Assembly: GCA_028870705.1 (NCBI GenBank)
Contig: JAGWPD010000252.1
Coordinates: 1-58,751, forward strand
Direction of reading: 5' to 3'
DNA: 58,751 nt
Source: Gammaproteobacteria bacterium
GTDB lineage: Bacteria > Pseudomonadota > Gammaproteobacteria > Steroidobacterales > Steroidobacteraceae
Part shown: piece after piece, positions 24,840 through 33,979 of the stretch
Numbering within the stretch: the first letter of the stretch is position 1
Layout of the letters: each line of letters starts with the position of its first letter
The notes under the pieces: model-generated
Seen by the model: the letters and a program-made list of their open reading frames with translations, nothing else
Databases searched by the model: none
What the model was told of the DNA's origin: nothing
Made by a program: the position numbers and the translations under genes

Positions 24840-26741
24840 TCAGGATGCTGTCACGTGCCCGGAGGCCGGTTGTTCGGGCAGGACGAGCCGCACGAGCAGG
24901 CCACGCCCTCCTTCACCGCCTGCGCTGGCAAGCTGCAGGCTCGCATCCATGGCCGCGACGAGGGAACCCACGATCGCCAGCCCGAGTCCACTGCCGACCC
25001 GGTCCTGATCGCGCTTGAGCCGATAGAAGCGCGTAAATACCTTCTCATATTCTGCAGGCGGGATGCCGGGCCCGTCATCTTCCACTTCGATGACCGGCGC
25101 CCCTTGTTCCCCGAGCAGGCGCACGACCACATGGCCTCCGGGCGCGTTGTATCGAATGGCATTGTCGATCAGGTTGGCAAGGATCTCCCGCAGCGTGATC
25201 GGATCGACGCGTGCCAGGCACGCCGCCGCGGCCGCCTCGTAGTGCATGCCAACCCCGGCCTGAGCCGCCTGGGCGAGGTGTTCCTCGGCCACCTCCTGCA
25301 CGAGTGGCCGCAGGTCGATCGGATCGCCGGCACTCTCCACGGCCACCGTTCCCTCCGCCTTGGCCAGCTTGAGCAGCTGGATCAGCAGCCGCTGCAGCCG
25401 GTCGGCCGCCTCGCGGATGTCCGCGAGCGAGGCGCGGGCGGGATCCGAAGCGGGTATCAAGCCGGCGAGCACCGAAATATGCGTCTGCAGGATCGTCAGC
25501 GGCGTGCGCATCTGGTGCGACGCGTCGGCCGTAAAGCGGCTCATGGCCAGCTGCAGCCTCGCCGCCTCGAGCGAGCGGGCGCGCAGGGCCTCGAGGGCCT
25601 GCGCCATGCTGCCGAGTTCGTCCGGGCTGCCCGGCGAGGGCACGGGTTCGTCGTAATCGCCGCGGCTCAGGCGCGCGATCGTGCGCGTGAGCAAGCGCAT
25701 CGGCCGCGCGAACCGGCGTTGCACGACGACGAGGGCGAAGGCGCCGAATATGACCACGGCAGTCAGATCGAGCCCCGCGATCAGCAGGATCCGCAGCGAG
25801 GTGGCACGCAGCGATTGCGCGCGCCCGGTTGCCTCGACCTGCGCCTGGCGCGCGATCGCCAGCACGGCGTCGAACGGACCATCGCACAGGGAGGTCCATC
25901 GATCGCTGGCAATCGCCGGCGCACGCGCGCTGCCCAGCCCGCCGACGATCGTGTCGATGACCTGCTGCGCACGCGTTGTCCGCTCATGCGCGCGCGCTGC
26001 GAGCGCCTGCAGTTCCCGGGAGGCGCCGGGTCGAGCCAGAAACTCATCCAGTGAGCGCCACGCGGCCTCATAGATCGCCCGGTTGGCGATCCAATCGTCA
26101 TGCAGACCGCCGTCCAGGGATTTGTCTGCCGCCACGCTGGGGCGGAGCATGGAGCACTGCTGGCCATAACGGTCGCGGATAACCCAGGCGAACTGCCGCA
26201 CCTGCACGTACTCGGCGATCTGTGCATCCCCGATGCGCACCGCGTTTCCCAGCGCTGAGGAGGCCCGCCCCAGAGTCAGCATCATCTGATGAATGGCCGT
26301 GCGCCAGCCGTCGATCGCGTAGAGGCTCCGTTGCGCGCGCGCGAGTGCCGCCTGGCGCCCGACTTCATCATGGCGCTCGACCACCCGTTGCCACGAATCC
26401 TGGATGTCCTGCGCCAGACGCAGGTTGCCCTCGACCTGGGTACCGCGCAGCGCGCCGAGCGCCACCGCCACCGCGCGCGAGGCCTCGTCGTAGGTGCGCC
26501 GGATGACCGGCCGTGGATCGTCCTCTTCGATCAGCGCCATGCTGTCCTGCGGAACCTGGGCGCGCACGCTGACCAGTGCGCTGAACAGCGTCTGGTCGGT
26601 GTCGGCCAGGCGGGCGATGCGGCCGGCCACCGAGAAGTTGCTCCACGCGCGGGCGGCCAGGATCAGGGCGGCCACGAGCAGGCCGGACATCAGGATGCCC
26701 AGCGAGGCGACCATGAATCGGGTGATCGAGGAGCGGAACAC
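24840..26741 (-). CDS. Sensor histidine kinase with a large helical periplasmic domain (HAMP, HisKA, HATPase)
   Basis: A TM segment, a helix-rich periplasmic region of about 290 aa, and a second TM segment. HAMP 'RLSRGDYDEPV'; H-box 'FTADASHQMRTPLT'; G-box 'GSGLGLAIVGSLV'. Confidence 0.9.
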   Translation of the reverse strand: MFRSSITRFMVASLGILMSGLLVAALILAARAWSNFSVAGRIARLADTDQTLFSALVSVRAQVPQDSMALIEEDDPRPVIRRTYDEASRAVAVALGALRGTQVEGNLRLAQDIQDSWQRVVERHDEVGRQAALARAQRSLYAIDGWRTAIHQMMLTLGRASSALGNAVRIGDAQIAEYVQVRQFAWVIRDRYGQQCSMLRPSVAADKSLDGGLHDDWIANRAIYEAAWRSLDEFLARPGASRELQALAARAHERTTRAQQVIDTIVGGLGSARAPAIASDRWTSLCDGPFDAVLAIARQAQVEATGRAQSLRATSLRILLIAGLDLTAVVIFGAFALVVVQRRFARPMRLLTRTIARLSRGDYDEPVPSPGSPDELGSMAQALEALRARSLEAARLQLAMSRFTADASHQMRTPLTILQTHISVLAGLIPASDPARASLADIREAADRLQRLLIQLLKLAKAEGTVAVESAGDPIDLRPLVQEVAEEHLAQAAQAGVGMHYEAAAAACLARVDPITLREILANLIDNAIRYNAPGGHVVVRLLGEQGAPVIEVEDDGPGIPPAEYEKVFTRFYRLKRDQDRVGSGLGLAIVGSLVAAMDASLQLASAGGEGGRGLLVRLVLPEQPASGHVTAS

Positions 26742-26764
26742 GTGGCAGGCTAGGGCGCAGCCGC

Positions 26765-27433
26765 TCAGGACGGATCCAACAGGTACCCCAGGCCACGCAT
26801 CGTCCGGATCGGCGGACCGTCTGGCTCGAGTTGTCGCCGCAATCTGGCTACGTGCACTTCGAGCGCATTGGGCGCCACTTCATCGTCGTAACTGTAGACT
26901 TCAGCCAGCAGCGCCCGCTTGGAGACGACCTCACCAGCCCGGGTGACGAGGCATACCAGCACGGCCCACTCCCGTGGCCGCAGCTGCAACGTGCGGCCGG
27001 CCACTACCGCCGTGGCATGGGCACGATCGACCGTGAGCGAACCGGCCGAAATGACCGGATTCGGATCGCCGTGCTCGCGTCGCAGCAGTGCGCGCACGCG
27101 GGCGCTGAGCTCGCTGGCGTTGAACGGCTTGAGCAGGTAATCGTCCGCCCCCAGGTCGAGCCCCTGCACCCGATCACTGACCTGGTCGCGCGCGGTCAGC
27201 ACCAGGATCGGCGTCCGGCAGCCGCGGCCGCGCAGCTTGCGGATGACCTCGAAACCCGAGATGCCCGGCAGGCCGATGTCGACGATGAACAGGCTGCAGG
27301 GATCCGCGCTGGCATAGCGCATCGCGGTCTCCCCGTCGCGGGCCCAATCGGCCGCATGCCCGGAGGATTTGAGCAAAGCCATGACGCCGCGTGACAGCGC
27401 CGGATCGTCCTCAACCACCAGAATGCGCGCCAC
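26765..27433 (-). CDS. OmpR-family response regulator
   Basis: The GTG start at 27433 gives 'VARILVVEDDPALSRG'. The longer ORF to 27610 would overlap the upstream kinase. Motifs 'FIVDIGLPGISG', 'GADDYLLKPF' and 'TMRGLGYLL'. Confidence 0.88.
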   Translation of the reverse strand: MARILVVEDDPALSRGVMALLKSSGHAADWARDGETAMRYASADPCSLFIVDIGLPGISGFEVIRKLRGRGCRTPILVLTARDQVSDRVQGLDLGADDYLLKPFNASELSARVRALLRREHGDPNPVISAGSLTVDRAHATAVVAGRTLQLRPREWAVLVCLVTRAGEVVSKRALLAEVYSYDDEVAPNALEVHVARLRRQLEPDGPPIRTMRGLGYLLDPS

Positions 27434-27519
27434 TCGACCCCCTGCTTGCACCCGCCGGTATCGCGCATCGCTGCGGGCGGCACGAGCGCTGCGCAATGTC
27501 AGCCCCGCGCCGGGGACTG

Positions 27520-28920
27520 TCAAGCCGGCGGCGGATCGTGCCCGCCGCCAGGAGCGGCCACGCCGGAAGTGCCCTGCCCTGCGGGTTGACCGACCGGCCC
27601 GGGCAGCCACACCCGCGCAATCAAGCCGGTGCGGTCGGTGCGGTTGACCAGCTGGACGCGCCCGCCGCGCCGCTCGACGATTGCGCGCACCACGGCAAGC
27701 CCGAGGCCGCTGCCTTCGGAGAGATCGCCCGGCGATCGATAAAACCGTTGAAATACGGCCTCCAGCTCCGCCGCGCGCATGCCGGAACCTTCGTCGATGA
27801 CCTCGATGCGCACGCCGCCGGATTCCGCGGTGGTCGCGACCACCACGCGGCCGCCGGCGGCGGTGTATCGCAGCGCATTATCGAGCAGGTTTCCGATCAG
27901 CAGCACGAGGTCCTGGGGGTCTGCGGCCACTTCGAGCAGGCACGGCACCGGGTGCCGCAGTTCCACTCCACGCGCCCTGGCAATGGGCCCGTAGACATGG
28001 AACGCCTCCGCGACCGCAGGATCCACGGCTGTGCCAGCCGGGCCAGGCCCATGCGGCGACTCGCTACGCGCCAATGCCAGCAGGTGATGCGACAGCCGGA
28101 CGGCCCGGCGGATCCCGGCACGCAACTCGGCCACGCGCGCGGCACGTTCCGCGGCCTCCTGTGAACCGTCGAGGACATCCGCCTGCAGTTGCAGCGCGGC
28201 CAGTGGCGTGCGCAGGGCGTGTGCGGCATCGGCGATGAAGCGCCGTTCGTGCTCGCTGGCCAGCGCCACCCGGCTGAGCAGGCGGTTGATCTCCTCGATC
28301 AGGGGCCGCACCTCCACCGGCAAGCCGCCCGTGGGCAGCGGATCGAGCGCCACCGGCGCCCGGGCTGCCACCGCTCTTGCAGTCTCATTCAGCGGCAGCA
28401 ATTGGCGCCGGATTACGGCGGCTATGATTGCCGCCAGGATGGGGATCATCAGTCCGACCGGCAGCAGCGCGTCGAATGCGGCGGCCGCCGCTGTTTCCCG
28501 GCGAAGATCCAGCTGCTGCGCCACGGCGATACGGTGCGCAGCCGATACTGCCGAGTAGACGCGGTACTCAATGCCCCCCACTCTGACCTGGCCAAACCCT
28601 GACCAGCTGATTGGCGGCAGTTGCACGTTGGGCGCCGAGGCATACAGCACCTGCCCCCCGGCATCGCGTACCTCCACGATATAGTCCTCGTCGATATCGT
28701 AATCGGTGTCCGTATCGTCAGTGCGGCGGAGCGCCGGCAGCCGTGGCGGCACACCGGTTGAGCGCGCTGCCAGGAAGGCAGCCACCTGCTCCATCTGATG
28801 ATCGAGCATGCCATTGGTTTCCTGGCGCGTCTGCAGATAGGTATAAGCCGCCGATATGCAGCCGACCAGCAGCAACGCCCCCCACAGCGGAATCAGCAGG
28901 CTCCAGCGCAGCGAACTCAC
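27520..28920 (-). CDS. Sensor histidine kinase (QseC/PmrB-like)
   Basis: GTGA overlap with its response regulator. The periplasmic loop of about 120 aa carries the acidic run 'DDTDTDYDIDEDY'. H-box 'IADAAHALRTPLAAL'; G-box 'GSGLGLAVVRAIV'. Confidence 0.9.
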   Translation of the reverse strand: MSSLRWSLLIPLWGALLLVGCISAAYTYLQTRQETNGMLDHQMEQVAAFLAARSTGVPPRLPALRRTDDTDTDYDIDEDYIVEVRDAGGQVLYASAPNVQLPPISWSGFGQVRVGGIEYRVYSAVSAAHRIAVAQQLDLRRETAAAAAFDALLPVGLMIPILAAIIAAVIRRQLLPLNETARAVAARAPVALDPLPTGGLPVEVRPLIEEINRLLSRVALASEHERRFIADAAHALRTPLAALQLQADVLDGSQEAAERAARVAELRAGIRRAVRLSHHLLALARSESPHGPGPAGTAVDPAVAEAFHVYGPIARARGVELRHPVPCLLEVAADPQDLVLLIGNLLDNALRYTAAGGRVVVATTAESGGVRIEVIDEGSGMRAAELEAVFQRFYRSPGDLSEGSGLGLAVVRAIVERRGGRVQLVNRTDRTGLIARVWLPGPVGQPAGQGTSGVAAPGGGHDPPPA

Positions 28921-29585
28921 GGCCGCTCGCCGATCCGCCAGCCGACACCGCGCACGTTCTCGATCACGCCTGCGCCCAGCTTCTTCCTGATGCCGTGGAT
29001 GATGAACTCCACCGCGTTGCTCTCTACGGCATCGACCCAGCTGTAGATCTGCTCCTCCAGCTGGCCGCGCGACAGCACGGCCCCGGGCCGCTCGAGCAGG
29101 GCATACAGCAAGGCGAACTCGCGCGCACTCAAAGGGACGGTCGCGTCGCGTAATTTCACCGCGTGCGTGACCGGATCCAGCCTCAGCTCGCCGTGGCTGA
29201 GGGCCGGCTGCACGCGCCGCTCGCGACGGCGCAGCAGACTGCGGATGCGCGCGCGCAACTCGGCGAATTCGAACGGCTTGACCAGATAGTCGTCGGCGCC
29301 CGTATCCAGCCCGGTCACGCGGTCGGCCAAAGCATCGCGCGCCGTGATCATGAGCACCGGAATGCCATTGCCCGCGCTGCGCAGCGCCTCGAGTACCGAG
29401 AGCCCGTCGCGTCCGGGCAGACCCCAGTCGAGCAGCGCGAGGACGTAGCCGGCCTGATCGTCCCGCAGCGCGGCAGCGGCGGCCACGCCGTCGCGGACCC
29501 AGTCGACAGCGTAACCGTCGTCGCGGAGGCCGCGCATCAGGCTCGCGCCAATCATGGGATCATCTTCTATCAGCAGGATGCGCAT
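28917..29585 (-). CDS. OmpR-family response regulator (QseB/PmrA-like)
   Basis: Motifs 'MRILLIEDDPMIGASL', 'ALLDWGLPGRDG', 'GADDYLVKPF' and 'NVRGVGWRI'. Confidence 0.9.
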   Translation of the reverse strand: MRILLIEDDPMIGASLMRGLRDDGYAVDWVRDGVAAAAALRDDQAGYVLALLDWGLPGRDGLSVLEALRSAGNGIPVLMITARDALADRVTGLDTGADDYLVKPFEFAELRARIRSLLRRRERRVQPALSHGELRLDPVTHAVKLRDATVPLSAREFALLYALLERPGAVLSRGQLEEQIYSWVDAVESNAVEFIIHGIRKKLGAGVIENVRGVGWRIGERP

Positions 29586-29630
29586 CGTGGTAGGGCTGCT
29601 CCCGACAGATGTTCCGCCAACCGGGCGAAT

Positions 29631-29662
29631 CGGTCAGGCCGCCGCACCGTGGACGGCCTGAC
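29631..29662. repeat. 10-bp-stem hairpin between the PepSY gene and the response regulator
   Basis: GGTCAGGCCG, a 12-nt loop, CGGCCTGACC. No U-tract. Confidence 0.45.
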
Positions 29663-29678
29663 CGCGCACGAATATCTG

Positions 29679-30038
29679 CTATTTGTGCTCGCCTTGCTCC
29701 TTGCGGGCCTCGGCTTGCTGCTGCCGCGGTGTTTCGGTGGTCTCGGACACGACTTTGCCGGTCTTGGCGTCGACCTGCACTTCCGTGATGTTCCTGGTCG
29801 TCGCCTTGGAGATGTCGAAGGACCAGATCAGCTTGCCGTGCTCCCGCTCCAGTTCGGAGGACTTGATCGTGCCGCCGGGAACTTTGGCGAGCGCGGTTTG
29901 CGAGGCGGCTTCAAGGCTGATTTTCGCCTCGGCCTTGAGCGCATCCTGACTATCATTGGCAGCCCAAAGCGTGGCTGAGCCCAGGCCGGCAACCAGAGCC
30001 GCGACTGCGACTGCTGCCGTGTGGTGTTTAATGTCCAT
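29679..30038 (-). CDS. Secreted PepSY-domain protein
   Basis: The start at 30038 is preceded by GGAGG 8 nt upstream. Signal peptide 'MDIKHHTAAVAVAALVAGLGSATLWAA'. PepSY core 'ALAKVPGGTIKSSELEREHGKLIWSFDI...VQVDAKTGKVV'. Confidence 0.8.
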   Translation of the reverse strand: MDIKHHTAAVAVAALVAGLGSATLWAANDSQDALKAEAKISLEAASQTALAKVPGGTIKSSELEREHGKLIWSFDISKATTRNITEVQVDAKTGKVVSETTETPRQQQAEARKEQGEHK

Positions 30039-30111
30039 CTGTATTGACCTCCAGGTGTCTTGAATAGCGTTGGTTGACCGGTTCATCCCGGTTACATGCA
30101 CCCTAAGCGAA

Positions 30112-30131
30112 CCGACTTAGCGCCGACTTAG
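30112..30131. promoter_or_regulatory. Direct repeat CCGACTTAG x2 with 11-bp period; candidate OmpR-family response-regulator box
   Basis: Copies at 30112-30120 and 30123-30131. An inverted CTTAGGG-like element lies at 30102-30109. The site is in the divergent region between the PepSY-TCS operon and the P-type ATPase. Confidence 0.4.
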
Positions 30132-30176
30132 GGCCTGCTTGCGGCCCGGCGACCGGCATAGCGCCGATCGTGGAGA

Positions 30177-32675
30177 ATGCCCGTCACCATGACCCATGCC
30201 ACTGCCGCCGCCGCCGCGCGCCCGAGCCCCGGGAAGCCGGGATTGGCCTCCGCCCCGATTCCGGAAATGCTCACCGCCCTGCGCGTCGACCCCGATGCGG
30301 GCCTGGCAACGGCCGAAGTGGGCGCGCGGCGGCTGCAGCACGGCTACAACGAAATCGCAGAGCGCAAGGCGCACGCGCTCCTGGCGTTCCTGAAGAAGTT
30401 CTGGGGACTGTCTGCCTGGATGCTCGAACTGATCATGGTGCTCTCGGCCGTGCTCGGCAAGTATTCCGACCTGCTGGTCGTGAGCGCACTGCTGGTGGTG
30501 AACGCCGTATTGGCGTTCATGCAGGAACAGCGGGCCTCCGGGGTCATCACAGCCCTGCGGCGGCGCCTGCAGGTGAGCGCGCGAGTGCGGCGGGATTCCA
30601 CCTGGCAGGTCATTCCAGCCCGCGAACTGGTGCCCGGCGATGTGGTGCGGGTGCGGGCCGGCGATATCGTGCCAGCCGACGTGCGGGTCCTCGCCGGTGC
30701 GCTCGCGGTGGACCAGTCCGCGCTCACCGGCGAGTCGCGGGACGTCGGCAAGGCCGCCGGCGACGTGCTGTCATCGGGTTCCGTCGCCCGCAACGGCGAA
30801 GCCACCGGCGTTGTCATCCTGATCGGCGCCCAGACTTACTTCGGGCGCACCACCCAGCTCGTGCAGGAGGCACGGCCGGCACTGCACATCGAGGCCGTGG
30901 TCGCCCGCGTGGTGCGCTGGCTGTTCGTGATCGTGGGCGCCATGTTGCTCCTGGTGGCGGTGCTCTCGCTGCTGCGCGGCGCACGGCTCATTGAAATGAT
31001 TCCGCTGTTGCTGGTCCTGCTCATGGGCGCCGTGCCGGTCGCCCTGCCGGTCATGTTCACGGTCAGCATGGCGCTGGGGTCCAGAGAGCTGGCCCGGCGC
31101 GGCGTACTGGTGACGCGCCTCAGTGCCGCGGAGGATGCCGCGACGATGGACGAGATCTGCGTCGACAAGACCGGCACGATCACCCTGAATCAGCTGACGG
31201 TCACCGCCGTAACGCCCCTGGACGGCGCGACGGAAGCCGAGGTGCTGCAGGCGGGCGCGCTCGCATCACAGGAAGCCAATCAGGATCCGATCGATCTCGC
31301 CTTCCTGGCGGCCGCCCGCGAGCGCCAGGTATTCCGCCAGCTACCGGCCGCAACGCCCGTGTCCTTCAGGCCTTTCGATGCGGCCAGCCGCAGGACCGAG
31401 GCGCTGGTCGATCGGGGTGGCCAGCGTCTGCGGATGATGAAGGGCGCGGTGCGGACGATTGCCGAATCATGCGGCCGCACGGGACCCGCGCTCGCGGAAC
31501 TGGAGGCGCAATCCGCCGCCTCGGCCGCCAAGGGCTATCGCACGCTGGCCGTTGCCAGCGGCACTGTGGACGGCACCCCCACCCTGCTCGGCCTGGTTGC
31601 GCTGCTCGACCCGCCGCGGCCGGACGCAGCGGGACTGATCGCCGAACTGCGCGGCCTGGGTATCGCAGTCAAGATGCTGACGGGCGATGCGCTGGCCGTG
31701 GCCAGGGAGATCGGCGCGGGTGTCGGGTTGCCAAACATCCGGCGCGTCGCGGATCTGAAGACCACGGGCGAGCAGGCCGTCGGCGGGTCGGCTGATGCGC
31801 TCGCGGGCTCCGACGGTTTTGCCGAGGTATTCCCCGAGGACAAATATGTCGTCGTGCAACGCCTGCAGGCCGCCGGACACGTCACCGGAATGACGGGCGA
31901 TGGCGTGAACGATGCGCCGGCGCTGCGCCAGGCCGAAGTGGGCATAGCCGTCAGCGGCGCCACGGACGTGGCCAAGAGTGCCGCCAGCGTGGTGCTGACG
32001 GAACCCGGATTGACGAATATCGTGACGCTGGTCGAACAGGGCAGGTCGATCTATCAGCGGATTCTCACCTGGATCATCAACAAGATCAGCCGCAGCATAC
32101 TGAAGGCGGCCTTCGTTGCCGTAACGTACGTGGTGACGGGCAAGTTCGTGATTTCCGCCTTCGCGATGCTGCTGCTCACTTTCATGACGGATTTTGCCAA
32201 GATTGCCCTCGCCACCGATCGCGTGCGCGCATCGCGCGCACCGGAAACGTGGAACATACGCGGCTTTGTCCAGGTGGCCGTGGTGCTCGGCATTGCCATG
32301 CTCCTCGAAGCGCTCGCGCTGCTGTGGTTTGGCTGGTGGCGCTTCAATCTTGCGGCCAGCGACGGCGCCCTCCATACATTCAGTTTCCTCGTGCTGCTCT
32401 ACTTCGCCGCGTTTTCCGTGGTGTCCGCGCGCGAACGGCGCTCCTTCTGGTCGACCATGCCGAGCCGGACACTGCTCGCCGCACTCGTGGCGGACGCGCT
32501 GGTCGGTACCGCGCTGACGCGCGTCGGCCTGCCGGATCTCACGCCGCTGGGCTGGTGGCACACGTTCGGGATATTCGCCTACGCCATGTTCTCCTGCCTG
32601 GTCGTGAATGACGCGCTGAAGGTCGCGTTGATCAAGTGGCGGGTTCCCGCATCGCCTGGAGCATACTGTGGCTGA
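30177..32675 (+). CDS. P3A-type (plasma-membrane proton-pump-like) P-type ATPase
   Basis: 'HGYNEIAERKAHALLAFLKKFWGLSAWMLE', '[15 protein letters not shown]' and '[41 protein letters not shown]' match plant/fungal H+-ATPase signatures rather than P1B or MgtA. A TM6-like 'MTDFAKIALATDRV' retains an Asp. An alternative start lies at 30189. Confidence 0.85.
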   Translation: MPVTMTHATAAAAARPSPGKPGLASAPIPEMLTALRVDPDAGLATAEVGARRLQHGYNEIAERKAHALLAFLKKFWGLSAWMLELIMVLSAVLGKYSDLLVVSALLVVNAVLAFMQEQRASGVITALRRRLQVSARVRRDSTWQVIPARELVPGDVVRVRAGDIVPADVRVLAGALAVDQSALTGESRDVGKAAGDVLSSGSVARNGEATGVVILIGAQTYFGRTTQLVQEARPALHIEAVVARVVRWLFVIVGAMLLLVAVLSLLRGARLIEMIPLLLVLLMGAVPVALPVMFTVSMALGSRELARRGVLVTRLSAAEDAATMDEICVDKTGTITLNQLTVTAVTPLDGATEAEVLQAGALASQEANQDPIDLAFLAAARERQVFRQLPAATPVSFRPFDAASRRTEALVDRGGQRLRMMKGAVRTIAESCGRTGPALAELEAQSAASAAKGYRTLAVASGTVDGTPTLLGLVALLDPPRPDAAGLIAELRGLGIAVKMLTGDALAVAREIGAGVGLPNIRRVADLKTTGEQAVGGSADALAGSDGFAEVFPEDKYVVVQRLQAAGHVTGMTGDGVNDAPALRQAEVGIAVSGATDVAKSAASVVLTEPGLTNIVTLVEQGRSIYQRILTWIINKISRSILKAAFVAVTYVVTGKFVISAFAMLLLTFMTDFAKIALATDRVRASRAPETWNIRGFVQVAVVLGIAMLLEALALLWFGWWRFNLAASDGALHTFSFLVLLYFAAFSVVSARERRSFWSTMPSRTLLAALVADALVGTALTRVGLPDLTPLGWWHTFGIFAYAMFSCLVVNDALKVALIKWRVPASPGAYCG

Positions 32676-32711
32676 GCGCACGCAGGCGCCGCTCGCCGCC
32701 CGGATGCCAAA

Positions 32712-33761
32712 TTGAAGATCAAGCCTTCGATCGCCGGCCCCGCCCTGCTCTCGGCGCTGCTGTTCGGCGTGACCACGCCACTGGCCAAGCCGCTACTGGC
32801 CTCGACGCCGCCGCTGCTCGTCGCCGGTTTGCTGTATCTGGGCAGCGGCCTCGGTTTGAGCCTATGGGTACTCGCCCGGGAACGCGGCACATTCACGCTG
32901 GGAATCGCGCGTGGGGACTGGCCATGGCTGGGCGGCGCGATCGCAGCCGGTGGCATTGCGGCACCGGCATTGCTGATGTACGGATTGTCGCGAACCGACG
33001 CCGCCACGGCTTCGCTCCTGCTCAACCTCGAAGTCGTCCTGACTGCCGTGCTGGCGTGGGTCGCATTTCGCGAGGCGACCAGCGGCCGGGTCGTGCTCGG
33101 TTTCAGCGCCATCCTCGCCGGCTGCCTGCTCCTTTCCTACGCCGGATTCGTCTCGACCCGGAACACGATCGGATCGATGCTGGCCATCGCCGGGGCGTGC
33201 CTGTGCTGGGCGCTGGACAACAATCTGACCCGAAGGGTCTCCGCAGGGGATGCGCGTTCCCTCGCGGCCGTCAAAGGGCTTGCCGCCGGTGCGACCAATA
33301 CAGCGTTGGGCCTCGGCGTCGGCGCCACCCTCCCGGACGCGCTGCACGTCGCTGCGGCGCTCGGACTGGGCTTTCTCGGTTACGGCGTCAGCCTCGCGCT
33401 TTTCGTGTATTCACTGCGCCATCTGGGCACAGCGCGCACGGGCGCCTATTTCGCCACCGCTCCGTTCATCGGTGGCGCCGTGGCCATCGCCATGTATGGC
33501 CAGAATGGCGGCTGGGAGTTCTGGGCCGCGTTTGCCTGCATGGCAATCGGCGTGTGGCTGCATCTCACCGAACACCATGACCACGATCATGTCCACGAGG
33601 CGACGACGCATCGCCATGCGCACGTGCACGACGAACATCACCAGCATGCGCACGCTCCGGACTGGGACGGAGTCGAGCCGCATTCACACGAGCATGTCCA
33701 CGCCCCGTTGCGGCACAGCCACCCGCATTTCCCGGACCTGCATCACAGGCACAGCCACTGA
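32712..33761 (+). CDS. DMT/EamA-family transporter with a His-rich C-terminal tail (CnrT-like)
   Basis: TTG start and about 10 TM segments. The final 66 residues (33561-33758) contain 25 His ('HLTEHHDHDHVHEATTHRHAHVHDEHHQHAH...HHRHSH'). Confidence 0.75.
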   Translation: MKIKPSIAGPALLSALLFGVTTPLAKPLLASTPPLLVAGLLYLGSGLGLSLWVLARERGTFTLGIARGDWPWLGGAIAAGGIAAPALLMYGLSRTDAATASLLLNLEVVLTAVLAWVAFREATSGRVVLGFSAILAGCLLLSYAGFVSTRNTIGSMLAIAGACLCWALDNNLTRRVSAGDARSLAAVKGLAAGATNTALGLGVGATLPDALHVAAALGLGFLGYGVSLALFVYSLRHLGTARTGAYFATAPFIGGAVAIAMYGQNGGWEFWAAFACMAIGVWLHLTEHHDHDHVHEATTHRHAHVHDEHHQHAHAPDWDGVEPHSHEHVHAPLRHSHPHFPDLHHRHSH

Positions 33762-33979
33762 GCGGCTGCAATCGCGACCAGACCATGGCATTCGAGCGAA
33801 ACTCCCGCCCGGAGCGGTGGATCCGATGGGACCGACTACTCGGACGAGTAGACTTGCCCGCTGGCGGCGCCGATAACCTGCTTACGAGTCCATTACGGAC
33901 GAACTGCTAATCTGCCGGCCGTGCGTGGACCATTCCAAGACCGGTTCGCAAGTGGATCACCGCAGTAGCAGCAGCCGAC

